Source of the DNA: an uncultured Chloroflexia bacterium
GTDB taxonomy: Bacteria; Chloroflexota; Anaerolineae; B4-G1; SLSP01
Length of the DNA: 64,000 bases
Assembly: GCA_963751345.1 (NCBI GenBank)
Contig: CAVVUS010000049.1
Location: 50,220-114,219 of the forward strand
Direction of reading: 5' to 3'
The number at the start of each line of letters is the position of its first letter. Within the stretch, counting starts at the first letter, position 1. The position numbers were made by a program, and so were the translations under genes. Under the pieces are notes generated by a model. It worked only from the letters and a program-made list of their open reading frames with translations. It had not been told where the DNA came from and made no database searches. Below are positions 1 through 9,140 of this stretch, piece after piece.

Positions 1-1
1 A

Positions 2-469
2 CCGGAGCCTATGGTGACGGCGACTGCGGTATCGTCGACCGTATCCAGTGCCACGCCAACCCCCCAGGCAACCCCGACGAGTGCCGCGCCTGCTATGGCG
101 CAACCTCCTGCGGGCGGGATATCCGATCAAGCGACGCCGCACGTTGAGCTCGATGCCATGCCCGATGTGCCGAGAGTGGGCGATACCTTTGTGCTCGCTG
201 CCCTGCTGGTGGTGCCGCCAGGGATGGAGTCGCAGGCTCAGGAGTACACACTGATCGCGAATGGGGAGCCCCAGTTGAGCTACCAGACAACGCCGCTGCT
301 GAGTGGCCTGCAGGCCTTTGGTGCCCTCGATGGCTTCCCCGAGCTTCTGGTATTCGAGGCCGTTGAGGCCGGGTCCACGCAGGTACAGGTTCGTGTATCC
401 GTCAAGGGGGCGGACGGGACCGTGGGGGAGGTGCTCTCGCCGGTGTTGGCGGTGACGGTGCAGGAGTGA
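2..469 (+). CDS. C-terminal part of a probable exported protein (Thr/Pro linker plus beta-sandwich-like domain); 5' end outside the window
   Basis: Frame open from the window edge; TPTPQATPT linker followed by a beta-strand-rich domain; stop at 467-469; co-oriented with the downstream cluster. Confidence 0.6.
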   Translation, partial: PEPMVTATAVSSTVSSATPTPQATPTSAAPAMAQPPAGGISDQATPHVELDAMPDVPRVGDTFVLAALLVVPPGMESQAQEYTLIANGEPQLSYQTTPLLSGLQAFGALDGFPELLVFEAVEAGSTQVQVRVSVKGADGTVGEVLSPVLAVTVQE

Positions 470-495
470 CGTTATCTTAGTCGTTGGGGGAATAG

Positions 496-2867
496 ATGCG
501 ACGCAATCATACGATAGGCCTACTGATTGGGGGCGGGGTAGCTGCTTCTGGCTGTGGGGGCCGTGCTGACCGTGGGCTTCCTGCGGGGTAGGCGCAGGGC
601 CTTTGTCCTCGGGGGGACACGTTCCACCGTTGGCGACCGTATCGGCAATACCGCTCGATGCGCCACCATCCATCGAGGATCTGGTGGACGAATATCCGGA
701 GCTGGCCGCGATCCTGACCGATCCGGAACTCGGCACAGTGTACAAGGAATTCTTGGTTGCCTATCAGGAAGGCGGGATTGATGCCGCCGCCGAGCTCGCG
801 AAGGAGCGTGGCATCCTCGCGCCGGATGGGTCGCATCTGATGGTGACCCTGGTTCTGGATACAGAGGACTCCACCGCTCTCGTTGCCCAGTTGACGGGGG
901 TGGGGGTTGAGGTGGTCAGTGCCTATCAGGACCGAGTGAATATCGCCGTCCCGGTTGCCCTGATCGAACAGGCGATGCAGTCCGAGGACATCGGCGCCGT
1001 GTTCGGGCGCCTGACGGAACTCGACCATGTGGTCGCCGTGCGCCTGCCGAGTCAACGCGGCTCCAACCAGCAGTCGGGTGGCACGGAGGGCATTGCCGTG
1101 GTCGGGGCGGATAAGTGGCACGAGGCCGGCTTCACCGGGGCGGGCGTACGGATCGGTGTGTTGGATCTCGGCTTTGCCGGATACGAGAAGCTGTTGGGGA
1201 CGGCGCTGCCCGACAATGTGGAGGTCGAGACCTTCGGATGGTATGACAGGGAGGAGGTTCACGGCGCTGCCTGTGCCGAAATCGTCCACGAGGTGGCGCC
1301 CGATGCCGAGCTCTTCTTCGCGTGGTACGACGGCAGCGACGCCGCGATGGGCGAGGCTGTGGACTGGCTGATGTCACAGAACGTCGACATCATCACGCAT
1401 TCTGCAGGCGGTGTCATCAGCCCACGGGACGGTACAGGATGGGACGCGCAGCTTGTCGACCAGACGACGGCACAAGGCGTCCTGTGGGTGAATTCGGCGG
1501 GTAACGAGGCGGACGTTCACTATCGCGGTGTCTTCAAGGATTCGGATGGCGATGGCTTCACCGAGTTTCCCTCGGGCTCGCAGTTGCTGCCGATCTACAC
1601 GAACGGCCGGGTTCGCGTTACCCTGGTCTGGCAGGATGACTGGGATCGACCAACGCAGGACTTCGAGTTGACGATCCTTAACGGTGATGGGGACATTCTG
1701 GCCTCATCCGAGGATGCCCAGGATGGTGGACCGGGACAACAGCCTGCGGAATGGGTGAGCCTGACCACAAGCGAATCGGTGGTCTATGCCACAATGTATG
1801 CGTATGCTGCCGACCGCAACGTGACCTTCGACATCTTCGCCTCGGGACCGGGTGCTGAGATTGCCGACGCGGTGCCCGCCTACAGTGTCAACTCCCCGGG
1901 GGACGCGGTCAGCGCGTTGACGGTCGGTGCGGTGGACTGGAACGACGATCAACTGGCCTACTACAGCTCGCAGGGGCCGACGACCGACGAACGGCTGAAG
2001 CCCGATATCTCGGGTCCTACAGGTGTTTCGGGGGCGACATATGGCCGGCGGGGGTTCGACGGAACGTCAGCCTCCGCACCTCATGTCGCCGGGGTCGCGG
2101 CTCTGGTGTGGGCGGCCTATCCGGGCTTCAGTCGTGAGGACCTCGTCAACTACCTGCTGGATTCGGTGGTCGATCTCGGCCCTTCGGGTCCCGACACCGG
2201 CTATGGCTATGGCCGGCTCAACCTACCCGCACCGCCAAACGGCGTCATCGGGCAGCCGACCCCAACGCCATCTGCCGGCGTCTCCGGTGCACCGGGGCGT
2301 GCGACGGCAGTGCCGGGAGGCCTGGCCACGGCGACGCCCGTTGCTTTCACGACGCCGGAGCCTGTGGCTGCCAGCGCTGGCGGGGGGGCGGGCTCACTGC
2401 TCCTCGTCCTCCTGCTGTTGGGCGGGTTCGGGCTGGGGGGAGGCGGGCTGCTTCTGGTCGGCGGCATTCTGTTGATTGCGGATCTTCGTTCGCGGAGTCG
2501 CCAACGGACGGCATCGGCTGCAGCACCGGTCGCCATTCGGCCACAGCCACAGGTACCTCGGCCGCAGGCGCCCTATCGTCCGGCGGTCAGTCCGCGGGTG
2601 GAGACGTTGAATCCGACGCAACCATGGCTGCCGACGGCGGATGCTCCCGACCGGCCGATGCAAATGCCGCCCGCATCGCAGGAGAACCCTCCGGTTTCGG
2701 CCGAGTATTGTCCTACGTGCGGGAGTGCCGTGCGGCAGGGAGCGCACTTCTGTGCGAAGTGTGGAGCGTCGCTGAGCACTCCGTCGCACCACAAGTTCTG
2801 CCGGTACTGCGGCGCACCGTTGGATGCAGATAGCCGTTTCTGTACCTCTTGTGGACGGCCCGTGTAG
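496..2867 (+). CDS. Membrane-anchored S8 (subtilisin-like) serine protease with C-terminal TM helix and double zinc ribbon; N-terminus broken by about 2 apparent frameshifts (~540, ~600)
   Basis: Triad motifs GVLDLG, HGAACAEIV, GTSASAPHVAG; oxyanion NSAGN; TM LLLVLLLLGGFGLGGGGLLLVGGILLIA; CPTC/CAKC/CRYC/CTSC. ATG 496 and the hydrophobic LLLAVGAVLTVGFL in an adjacent frame suggest the true N-terminus. Confidence 0.85.
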
Positions 2868-2953
2868 ATCGATCGTGCCCTGTCGTGCCACTTGCACCAC
2901 GGGTCAAAGCGTACTATCGTTAGAATGTCGCGTCAGCAAAGAGGAGGGGTGCA

Positions 2954-3731
2954 TTGAGACCGAGACTTGGCCAGCGTTCGACGACTGCGGCGGCATTGTG
3001 CCTGATCTTCCTGCTGTGGTTGGCGGGGTGTGGTCTGCTCGACACCCCGACAGCACTTCCTAGCGGCGAGTCCGTCTCCGATCCCGGAGCGGTCACAGCA
3101 CAACCCACGATTTCCCCGACAGCCGAGGCGACGACTCCCATCGGAGAGGCGAGTCCAATTGCGCCTGCCCAGGGATTGTTCGACTGGTTCTCACAGCATC
3201 TGGGGCGGACAGGTCTCCTGCTGGCGCTTCTGGCAGTGGTTGTCATGCTGCTGGCCATCGTGGTCATTGTCTTGGTCAGGCTCCTGACGCGGGCCCCGCA
3301 AACCTTCACAGACGGTGGCAGCGCCGGCGGTTCCGTCGCAAGGCATGCCTCGCCAGGGCGGGGGTAGTACCCGCGAGCTCACCGGCGCACCCTCCGGTGC
3401 AACGCTGGTGCTGCAGGCGACGGGCAAGGAGGTACCCCCGGGAGAGCTGCCGACCTTCACGCTGAAGGCTGCCGGCGTGACGATTGGACGGGAACCTGAC
3501 AACGATCTGGTGATTGATGATGCCACGCCGGGCGCGGACACGGTCTCACGACGCCACGCTCGCGTTGTCCTTGAGGATGGGCATTGGATCGTCGAGGATC
3601 TGGACTCCCAGAATGGCATCTACGTCAACGGCCGGCGGACGGGCCGAAACCTGCTTCAGGATGGCTGGACGCTGGCGATCGGCGGCGTTCAGTTCATTTT
3701 CTATAACGGAACTGGGAGGACAGCGCAATGA
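2954..3731 (+). CDS. Lipoprotein-signal / TM / FHA domain protein (apparent frameshift between ~3310 and 3365)
   Basis: LAGC lipobox-like motif and TM LLLALLAVVVMLLAIVVIVLV in ORF 2954-3367; FHA motifs IGR, VSRRHA, DLDSQNGIYVNG in overlapping ORF 3315-3731. Confidence 0.8.
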
Positions 3732-5521
3732 AGTGCCCGAGGTGTGGCACCGAAAACGCATCGGATGCCGGCTACTGTGAAGAGTGTGGTGCGAGCTTTG
3801 GGGCCGCGCCCGCATCGGTGGCGGCGACCGGTAGCCTGAGCACGCGTCAACTGCAAGCAGGCCCAGCGACGCCGAAGAGTGGTGTGAGCTCGCTGAAGGA
3901 TACAACACCGTTGGGGGAGTTCACGAACCGGTTTGCGGCACTTCCCGAAGGGGCGATTCTCGGCCGACGCTACATCGTGCGCGAGGTGCGGGTCGAGGGT
4001 GAGACCCATAACGTCTATCTGGCCGAGGGTCTCGTTCCTGCACATGAGTGTCCGAACTGTCACGCCGTCAGCGAAACCGAGGACGAGCGCTACTGCTCCG
4101 ACTGTGGGGCGGAATTGCAGGGCACGGAACCTGCTGTCCGGCGCTATCTTGTGCAGGAGCGGGTGAACGGAAATGCCTTCGCGATGGAGCGCCAGCTTCT
4201 GGGCATGCAGCTCGCCCACCCGGGGCTGCTGTTGCCCCTGGAGGTGTTCCAGGAGGCTCCCTACGGCGACGCTCGCACCTATCGCGTGGTGCCTGAGTTT
4301 GCGCCTCCCCTGGCACAGACCCTGGTACTTCCACAGCCATGGGGCAAAGTTGTGTCCTGGGGGGCCGCGCTGGCGCAAGCGATGGCGCATCTCCACCAGC
4401 ACCAGATCGCCATTGGCGCGGTGGATGTGGCCCACATTGCTGTGGATGGCGACCAGGCGCTGTGGACCGGACTTAGCGATGTAAAGATCCTTCCACCGGA
4501 GCAGCGAAGTGATGCCGGTCAAGTCTTTGCCGTGGATGTCCAGCGACTTGCCGCCGCTCTCATCTACTTAGGGACGGGGAAAGAGCAACCCGCCACCGGA
4601 CTCGAGCTGCCGGTAGGACTCAAGCAACTGCTAGGACAGGCTCTCGACGGGATCAGTGCGGCGCAGTTGGCGGCGCAGCTTCGTGCGCTGCTCGGGGGGA
4701 ATGGCCGGTCGAGCTATGTGTCGCTGGTCGTGGGGGCGCGGAGCGATGTCGGACCCGTTCGAGAGCTCAATGAGGACAAGGCGTTGACGCGTAACCTCTC
4801 GGCCGGTAACGGGCCGGGACCCGCAGTGGGCCTCGTTCTGGTGGCGGATGGTATGGGAGGCTACGATGCCGGGGAGGTCGCGAGCGACCTGGCCTGTCGC
4901 GCGGTCGCCGCCCTGGCGGAGACGGAGCCGCCGCGTGTGACCCCCTGGGGCGACGTGGTGCCCGAGCCGGGTGAGTGGCTCACCCGGGCAGTGCAGGCGG
5001 CCAACCGGTCGGTGTTCGATCAACGCCGCGCGGCGAGTTCCGATATGGGCACGACGATGGTGACCGCGCTGGTGATCGGCGCCGGCATAGATGGCGAGAC
5101 CGACTCGGCCCCGGCGGCAACGGCGACGATCGCCAATGTGGGCGACAGCCGATGCTACCATCTCGGCGACGGGTCGATCCGGCGGGTGACCGTTGATCAT
5201 TCCCTCGTCGAGCGTCTTGTTGCGGCGGGGCAGATCACGGCGGAGGAAGCTATCAACCATCCCCAGCGGAACGTCATCTACCGGGCAATCGGTGACCAGC
5301 CGGAGGTCGAGGTGGACCTCTATGCTCAGTTGCTTCGCCCTGGCGAGGCTCTGCTCCTCTGCTCGGACGGGTTGAGCGGCAAGGTGCGCGATGAGCGACT
5401 ACTGCAGATCTGGCAAGCTTCGATGTCGCCCCAAGAGGCGTGTGACCGGATGGTCGAGGCTGCTGTTCAAGCTGGAGGCGAGGACAATATCACGGCTGTC
5501 ATCATCCGGGCAGTGCCATGA
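3728..5521 (+). CDS. Zinc ribbon + degenerate Hanks-type kinase domain + PP2C (Stp1/PrpC-like) Ser/Thr phosphatase fusion
   Basis: PP2C motifs SDVG..R..NED, VADGMGG, MGTT, ANVGDSR, DHSLV, CSDGL, GGEDNIT intact; kinase-like RY..., HPGL, LAQAMAHLH but no HRD or DFG; CPRC/CEEC and CPNC/CSDC; ATGA overlap with upstream gene. Confidence 0.88.
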   Translation: MKCPRCGTENASDAGYCEECGASFGAAPASVAATGSLSTRQLQAGPATPKSGVSSLKDTTPLGEFTNRFAALPEGAILGRRYIVREVRVEGETHNVYLAEGLVPAHECPNCHAVSETEDERYCSDCGAELQGTEPAVRRYLVQERVNGNAFAMERQLLGMQLAHPGLLLPLEVFQEAPYGDARTYRVVPEFAPPLAQTLVLPQPWGKVVSWGAALAQAMAHLHQHQIAIGAVDVAHIAVDGDQALWTGLSDVKILPPEQRSDAGQVFAVDVQRLAAALIYLGTGKEQPATGLELPVGLKQLLGQALDGISAAQLAAQLRALLGGNGRSSYVSLVVGARSDVGPVRELNEDKALTRNLSAGNGPGPAVGLVLVADGMGGYDAGEVASDLACRAVAALAETEPPRVTPWGDVVPEPGEWLTRAVQAANRSVFDQRRAASSDMGTTMVTALVIGAGIDGETDSAPAATATIANVGDSRCYHLGDGSIRRVTVDHSLVERLVAAGQITAEEAINHPQRNVIYRAIGDQPEVEVDLYAQLLRPGEALLLCSDGLSGKVRDERLLQIWQASMSPQEACDRMVEAAVQAGGEDNITAVIIRAVP

Positions 5522-5560
5522 TGGCGTGAACCGACGCGACGACTAGACGGGAGGGGTGCG

Positions 5561-7780
5561 ATGAAGCTGCAACGTGTTCTGCTAAAGGTGATATGTTTGG
5601 CGGTCCTGTTCTCCGTGGGGTCGGTGCTCGTCGGTGCCCAGGATCTGGAGCCTCCTATCGTCGATATCCTTGGGCGGCCGGATTCGCGTTCGGCGCCTCC
5701 CGATGTAAGCGCCTACGTGTCGGTTGTGGATCGCCCCAGTGGCCGGGTCATTGAGGGTCTGCAGGATGCCAATTTCTCGGCGCAGATCTCTGAGGAGGAG
5801 ATTCAGCCGACGGTGGCTCTGGACACGACCGGTCTGGCGGTAGTGATGGTGATCGACCGGGGCGGGATCGCGCGTCGCAACGACCCGCGTATCGGCAGTG
5901 CCGTGGATCTTGCGAGCGCCCTGCTCAATATGCTCAACGTTGACGGAACGCCCACAGCCGATCTCGTTGCCCTAATCGGCATTCGCGGACAGGATCAGGG
6001 CGGGCTGACGCCTGCGGTGAATTTCACCGACTTCGACCCAGTCGCCATCAGCAACCAGTTTGATGCCCTGCGGACCGAGGTGGTGGACGAGACGACGCCG
6101 CTCTACGATGGGATCGACCGGGCGATCTCGTGGATTGCGAGCAACCCCGACCCAGCGATCCAGGACAAGCTGGCGCTTCGCCGCAAGATCATCTTTGTCT
6201 TCTCCGACGGCATCGACCGCGGTTTCAGCGACGAGTCGCACGAGGCCCTGATCGTCGATCAGGCCCAGCAGAACGACATCCTCATTTACGCGATCCAGAT
6301 GACGGCGAACGGGAGGACCGCGGAGTCTGATAGCCTGAACGCCATGGCGACGCAGAGCAACGGCACCTTCTTCGTCGACAGCCCGGACACGCACGACCAG
6401 GTGATCTCGCACTTCCAGGACATCGTGACGCAGCGGCAGGCCTATCGTGTGACCTTCCCGCTGACCCGACCTCTGGGTGACTACCAATTGCAGATCCGGG
6501 TGCTCAATGCGCCCGGGGGCGCCGGATCAGATATGAGCGTGGTATCTTCGAACCTGCAGAAGCCGGTCATCACCCTCAACGCTCCGCCCAATCCGACGTT
6601 CGTCGTGCCATACTCGGAGGACGATGGCGGATTCGTCACCACGATGGTGCCTTTGACGGTGCTGCTCAGCAACCGCGACGGCGCGCCTCGCAATCCCGAT
6701 GAGGTCTCGTACTTCGCCAACGAGCAGCGCATCGGTGTGTCGGGTGATGTGCCCGACTATGCCTTCACGTGGGACGTGACGAACCTCGCCGCCCCGTCCA
6801 CCGACCGGATCACAAGGACCTACACGCTTGTAGCGCGCGCAACCGACCCTTATCTCGACGAGGAGTTGCAGAGTCAACTGGTCGACGTGCAGGTGGCCTG
6901 GGAGCCACAGCCTGAGGCGGCCCCCCAGACGGTGTCGGAGGCGGTGACCGCCAGCGTCGCGGAGACGTGGTGGGTGCTACCGATCTTCGGTGTCCTGGGA
7001 CTCGGGTTGATCGTCGTCATCGTACTGCTTGTTCGAACGCGCGGACAGGTCGCCCGGAAGGTCGTGCAGAATACCAGCACGGCAATCAAGGGGGTGACGC
7101 AGCGCCTGGGGAGCGGGGGGGCGATGCCTGCGGCCAGCGGCAAGCTCGTCGTGGTCCAGGGCCCGCGTATGGGCAACGAGTTCAGCTTGGCGACCCCTGC
7201 CGCGAGGGTTGGGCGAGATGCTGAGTTCAGCGATTTTGCCCTCAACGACCGGTTCGTCTCCAATCCGCACTTCACGATCCTGGAGGAAGGGGGGCAGTTC
7301 TACATCCGCGACGAGGGGAGTACCAACCGAACTCGCGTGAACGGCGTCGTCATCCCGCCTAACCAGCGCCTACCACTCTCGCCGGACGCCATCATTGAGG
7401 CGGGGCAGACTCGAATGCAGCTCAAACGATTGGGCGGCGACACGCGCCGGGTGGGCGCCTCGGAGACGGTCTATGCGCCTCAGACGGCGAATGCGCCTCA
7501 GACGGCGAATGCGCCTCAGACGGCGGGCGCGCCTCAGACGGCGGGAGGTCGTCCGACAGTCGCTGCGGGGCGAGGGCCTAGCTCGCCCGGGATCTCCCCG
7601 ACGCGGATCGTATCTCCTCGCCAGGAGGAGCCGCGTGGTGATACGGCGGCGCCGACGGTCATCTCAGAGGACGCGGAAGATGCTGCGACCCGGCAGCGGG
7701 CCTCCGAGGATGAAGACAAGTACAAGACGAGGAACGTCTCAGACGATAGGTACAAGACGAGGAACATCAGACAGGAGTAG
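5561..7780 (+). CDS. Signal peptide + vWA domain + Ig-like region + TM + cytoplasmic FHA domain + Thr-rich repetitive tail
   Basis: N-terminal signal; vWA motifs VVMVIDRGG, TPLYDGI, FVFSDG; TM WWVLPIFGVLGLGLIVVIVLLV; FHA VGRD, VSNPH, DEGSTNRTRVNG; GGAGG RBS. Confidence 0.85.
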   Translation: MKLQRVLLKVICLAVLFSVGSVLVGAQDLEPPIVDILGRPDSRSAPPDVSAYVSVVDRPSGRVIEGLQDANFSAQISEEEIQPTVALDTTGLAVVMVIDRGGIARRNDPRIGSAVDLASALLNMLNVDGTPTADLVALIGIRGQDQGGLTPAVNFTDFDPVAISNQFDALRTEVVDETTPLYDGIDRAISWIASNPDPAIQDKLALRRKIIFVFSDGIDRGFSDESHEALIVDQAQQNDILIYAIQMTANGRTAESDSLNAMATQSNGTFFVDSPDTHDQVISHFQDIVTQRQAYRVTFPLTRPLGDYQLQIRVLNAPGGAGSDMSVVSSNLQKPVITLNAPPNPTFVVPYSEDDGGFVTTMVPLTVLLSNRDGAPRNPDEVSYFANEQRIGVSGDVPDYAFTWDVTNLAAPSTDRITRTYTLVARATDPYLDEELQSQLVDVQVAWEPQPEAAPQTVSEAVTASVAETWWVLPIFGVLGLGLIVVIVLLVRTRGQVARKVVQNTSTAIKGVTQRLGSGGAMPAASGKLVVVQGPRMGNEFSLATPAARVGRDAEFSDFALNDRFVSNPHFTILEEGGQFYIRDEGSTNRTRVNGVVIPPNQRLPLSPDAIIEAGQTRMQLKRLGGDTRRVGASETVYAPQTANAPQTANAPQTAGAPQTAGGRPTVAAGRGPSSPGISPTRIVSPRQEEPRGDTAAPTVISEDAEDAATRQRASEDEDKYKTRNVSDDRYKTRNIRQE
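7475..7546 (+). repeat. 4 x 18-bp in-frame tandem repeat (GCGCCTCAGACGGCGRRN) encoding APQTAN/APQTAG
   Basis: Units start at 7475, 7493, 7511 and 7529. Confidence 0.9.
7721..7765 (+). repeat. Direct repeat TACAAGACGAGGAAC x2 with 30-bp period, encoding YKTRN twice
   Basis: Copies at 7721-7735 and 7751-7765. Confidence 0.85.
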
Positions 7781-7785
7781 ACACA

Positions 7786-8961
7786 ATGCCTATTTGCGCG
7801 AATTGCGGCGCCCAGCAGCCGGAGGGAGTGGCTTTCTGTGATGAGTGCGGCGCCCCATTGCGAAGCCAACAGGTGCCCGCGCAGCCGTCCCCGGCTGCAG
7901 GGCAGGCACGGACCGTGGTCGCCTCTAACGTCTGTCCGGTCTGTGGTGCGCGGACCTCGCCGCAGGATCCCTTCTGTTCGAATTGTGGCGCTGCATTGAG
8001 AGAGGCGGCATCTGGTGTGGTGGCTGACGGGCAACCGCAGAACCTACCCCAACAGCAGGCTGTCTCGCAGCCGCCGGCGGAGCCCTGGCCAATGCCTGCC
8101 CCTGGCGCGTCGGCCGATGCCCCTACGGCTTTTGGGCAACCTGGAGTGTCTCCGCCGCAGGCGCCTGCACCCCAAGCTGGCCTCGGAGCGACCGTCGTCT
8201 CGGGGCAGGGGGGGCGTGGGATGGCGGGTGGCATTCCCCCGCAGGAGCTCTACGGTCCGCCCGGTGGCTTACCACCGGCCGGCGCCAATCTGCCCGCACC
8301 CGGTCCACTGATCTGCACGAACTGCGGGGCAAAACTCGAGCCCGACAGTGCATTTTGCGATATGTGTGGCGCTCCCGTGCGCCCACCGGCGTCTCAGAGT
8401 GCGGCCGCGCCTCAGCAGGTGCCGCAGCCTCGGACCGCATCCGGGTCCCAAGTATGGGGCCCGCCCGAGCCCGGAGCCGGCCCCTCGGCGGCTGAGCCCA
8501 CGCAAACAACATCACCGCCGGCCCAGACGCCGGATGCTACTTCGTTAGCGTGGGGAGGTGAGTTGGGTACGTCGCAGTCTGCGCCACCTGTGGCCTCGGG
8601 GTATGAGGATGTTGAGCCGGCGCCTCGGCCGCCGCTGACCGGGAGGTTCATCATACAGGGGACTGACGCATCTCTGCCGATCCCGCCCGGACAGATCGAA
8701 GTGATAGTCGGGCGAGAGGATCCTGTCAGGGGAATCCACCCCGATATTGACTTGACCGACCACGGCGGCGACGAAGGCGGCGTTTCGCGGAGGCACGCCC
8801 GGATCATCGTCGAGAGCGGTCAGTTCTACATCGAGGATCTCGAAAGCCTCAACCACACGCTTCTCAACCAGGAGCAGTTGACGCCCGGGCACCTACGCCC
8901 ACTCCATACCGGAGATGAAGTCGCCTTTGGCCGCGTGATAACCATCTTCCAGAGGACGTGA
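7786..8961 (+). CDS. Triple zinc-ribbon, Pro-rich, C-terminal FHA domain protein
   Basis: CANC/CDEC, CPVC/CSNC, CTNC/CDMC; FHA IVGRED..PDIDL..GVSRRHARI..DLESLNHT. Confidence 0.88.
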   Translation: MPICANCGAQQPEGVAFCDECGAPLRSQQVPAQPSPAAGQARTVVASNVCPVCGARTSPQDPFCSNCGAALREAASGVVADGQPQNLPQQQAVSQPPAEPWPMPAPGASADAPTAFGQPGVSPPQAPAPQAGLGATVVSGQGGRGMAGGIPPQELYGPPGGLPPAGANLPAPGPLICTNCGAKLEPDSAFCDMCGAPVRPPASQSAAAPQQVPQPRTASGSQVWGPPEPGAGPSAAEPTQTTSPPAQTPDATSLAWGGELGTSQSAPPVASGYEDVEPAPRPPLTGRFIIQGTDASLPIPPGQIEVIVGREDPVRGIHPDIDLTDHGGDEGGVSRRHARIIVESGQFYIEDLESLNHTLLNQEQLTPGHLRPLHTGDEVAFGRVITIFQRT

Positions 8962-9140
8962 GAGCATCCGTGCTGGAATCGCGGATTTCTACGAACGCCG
9001 TAGGTTTGACGGCGGAAGTCCGGGACGCCGACCTCTTGGGCGGCGCGCCCGTCAGGATCACGTCGGAACGCGAGCAACCGCGATCCGTCGAGTCCAGCCA
9101 ACGCGTATACTCTGGGAATCCGAGATCTCGCGAGCAGGTC

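Noticed and set aside
7475-7546. Tandem repeat as a possible CRISPR array
   Set aside because: 18-bp head-to-tail units without spacers, in frame within a CDS; no cas genes
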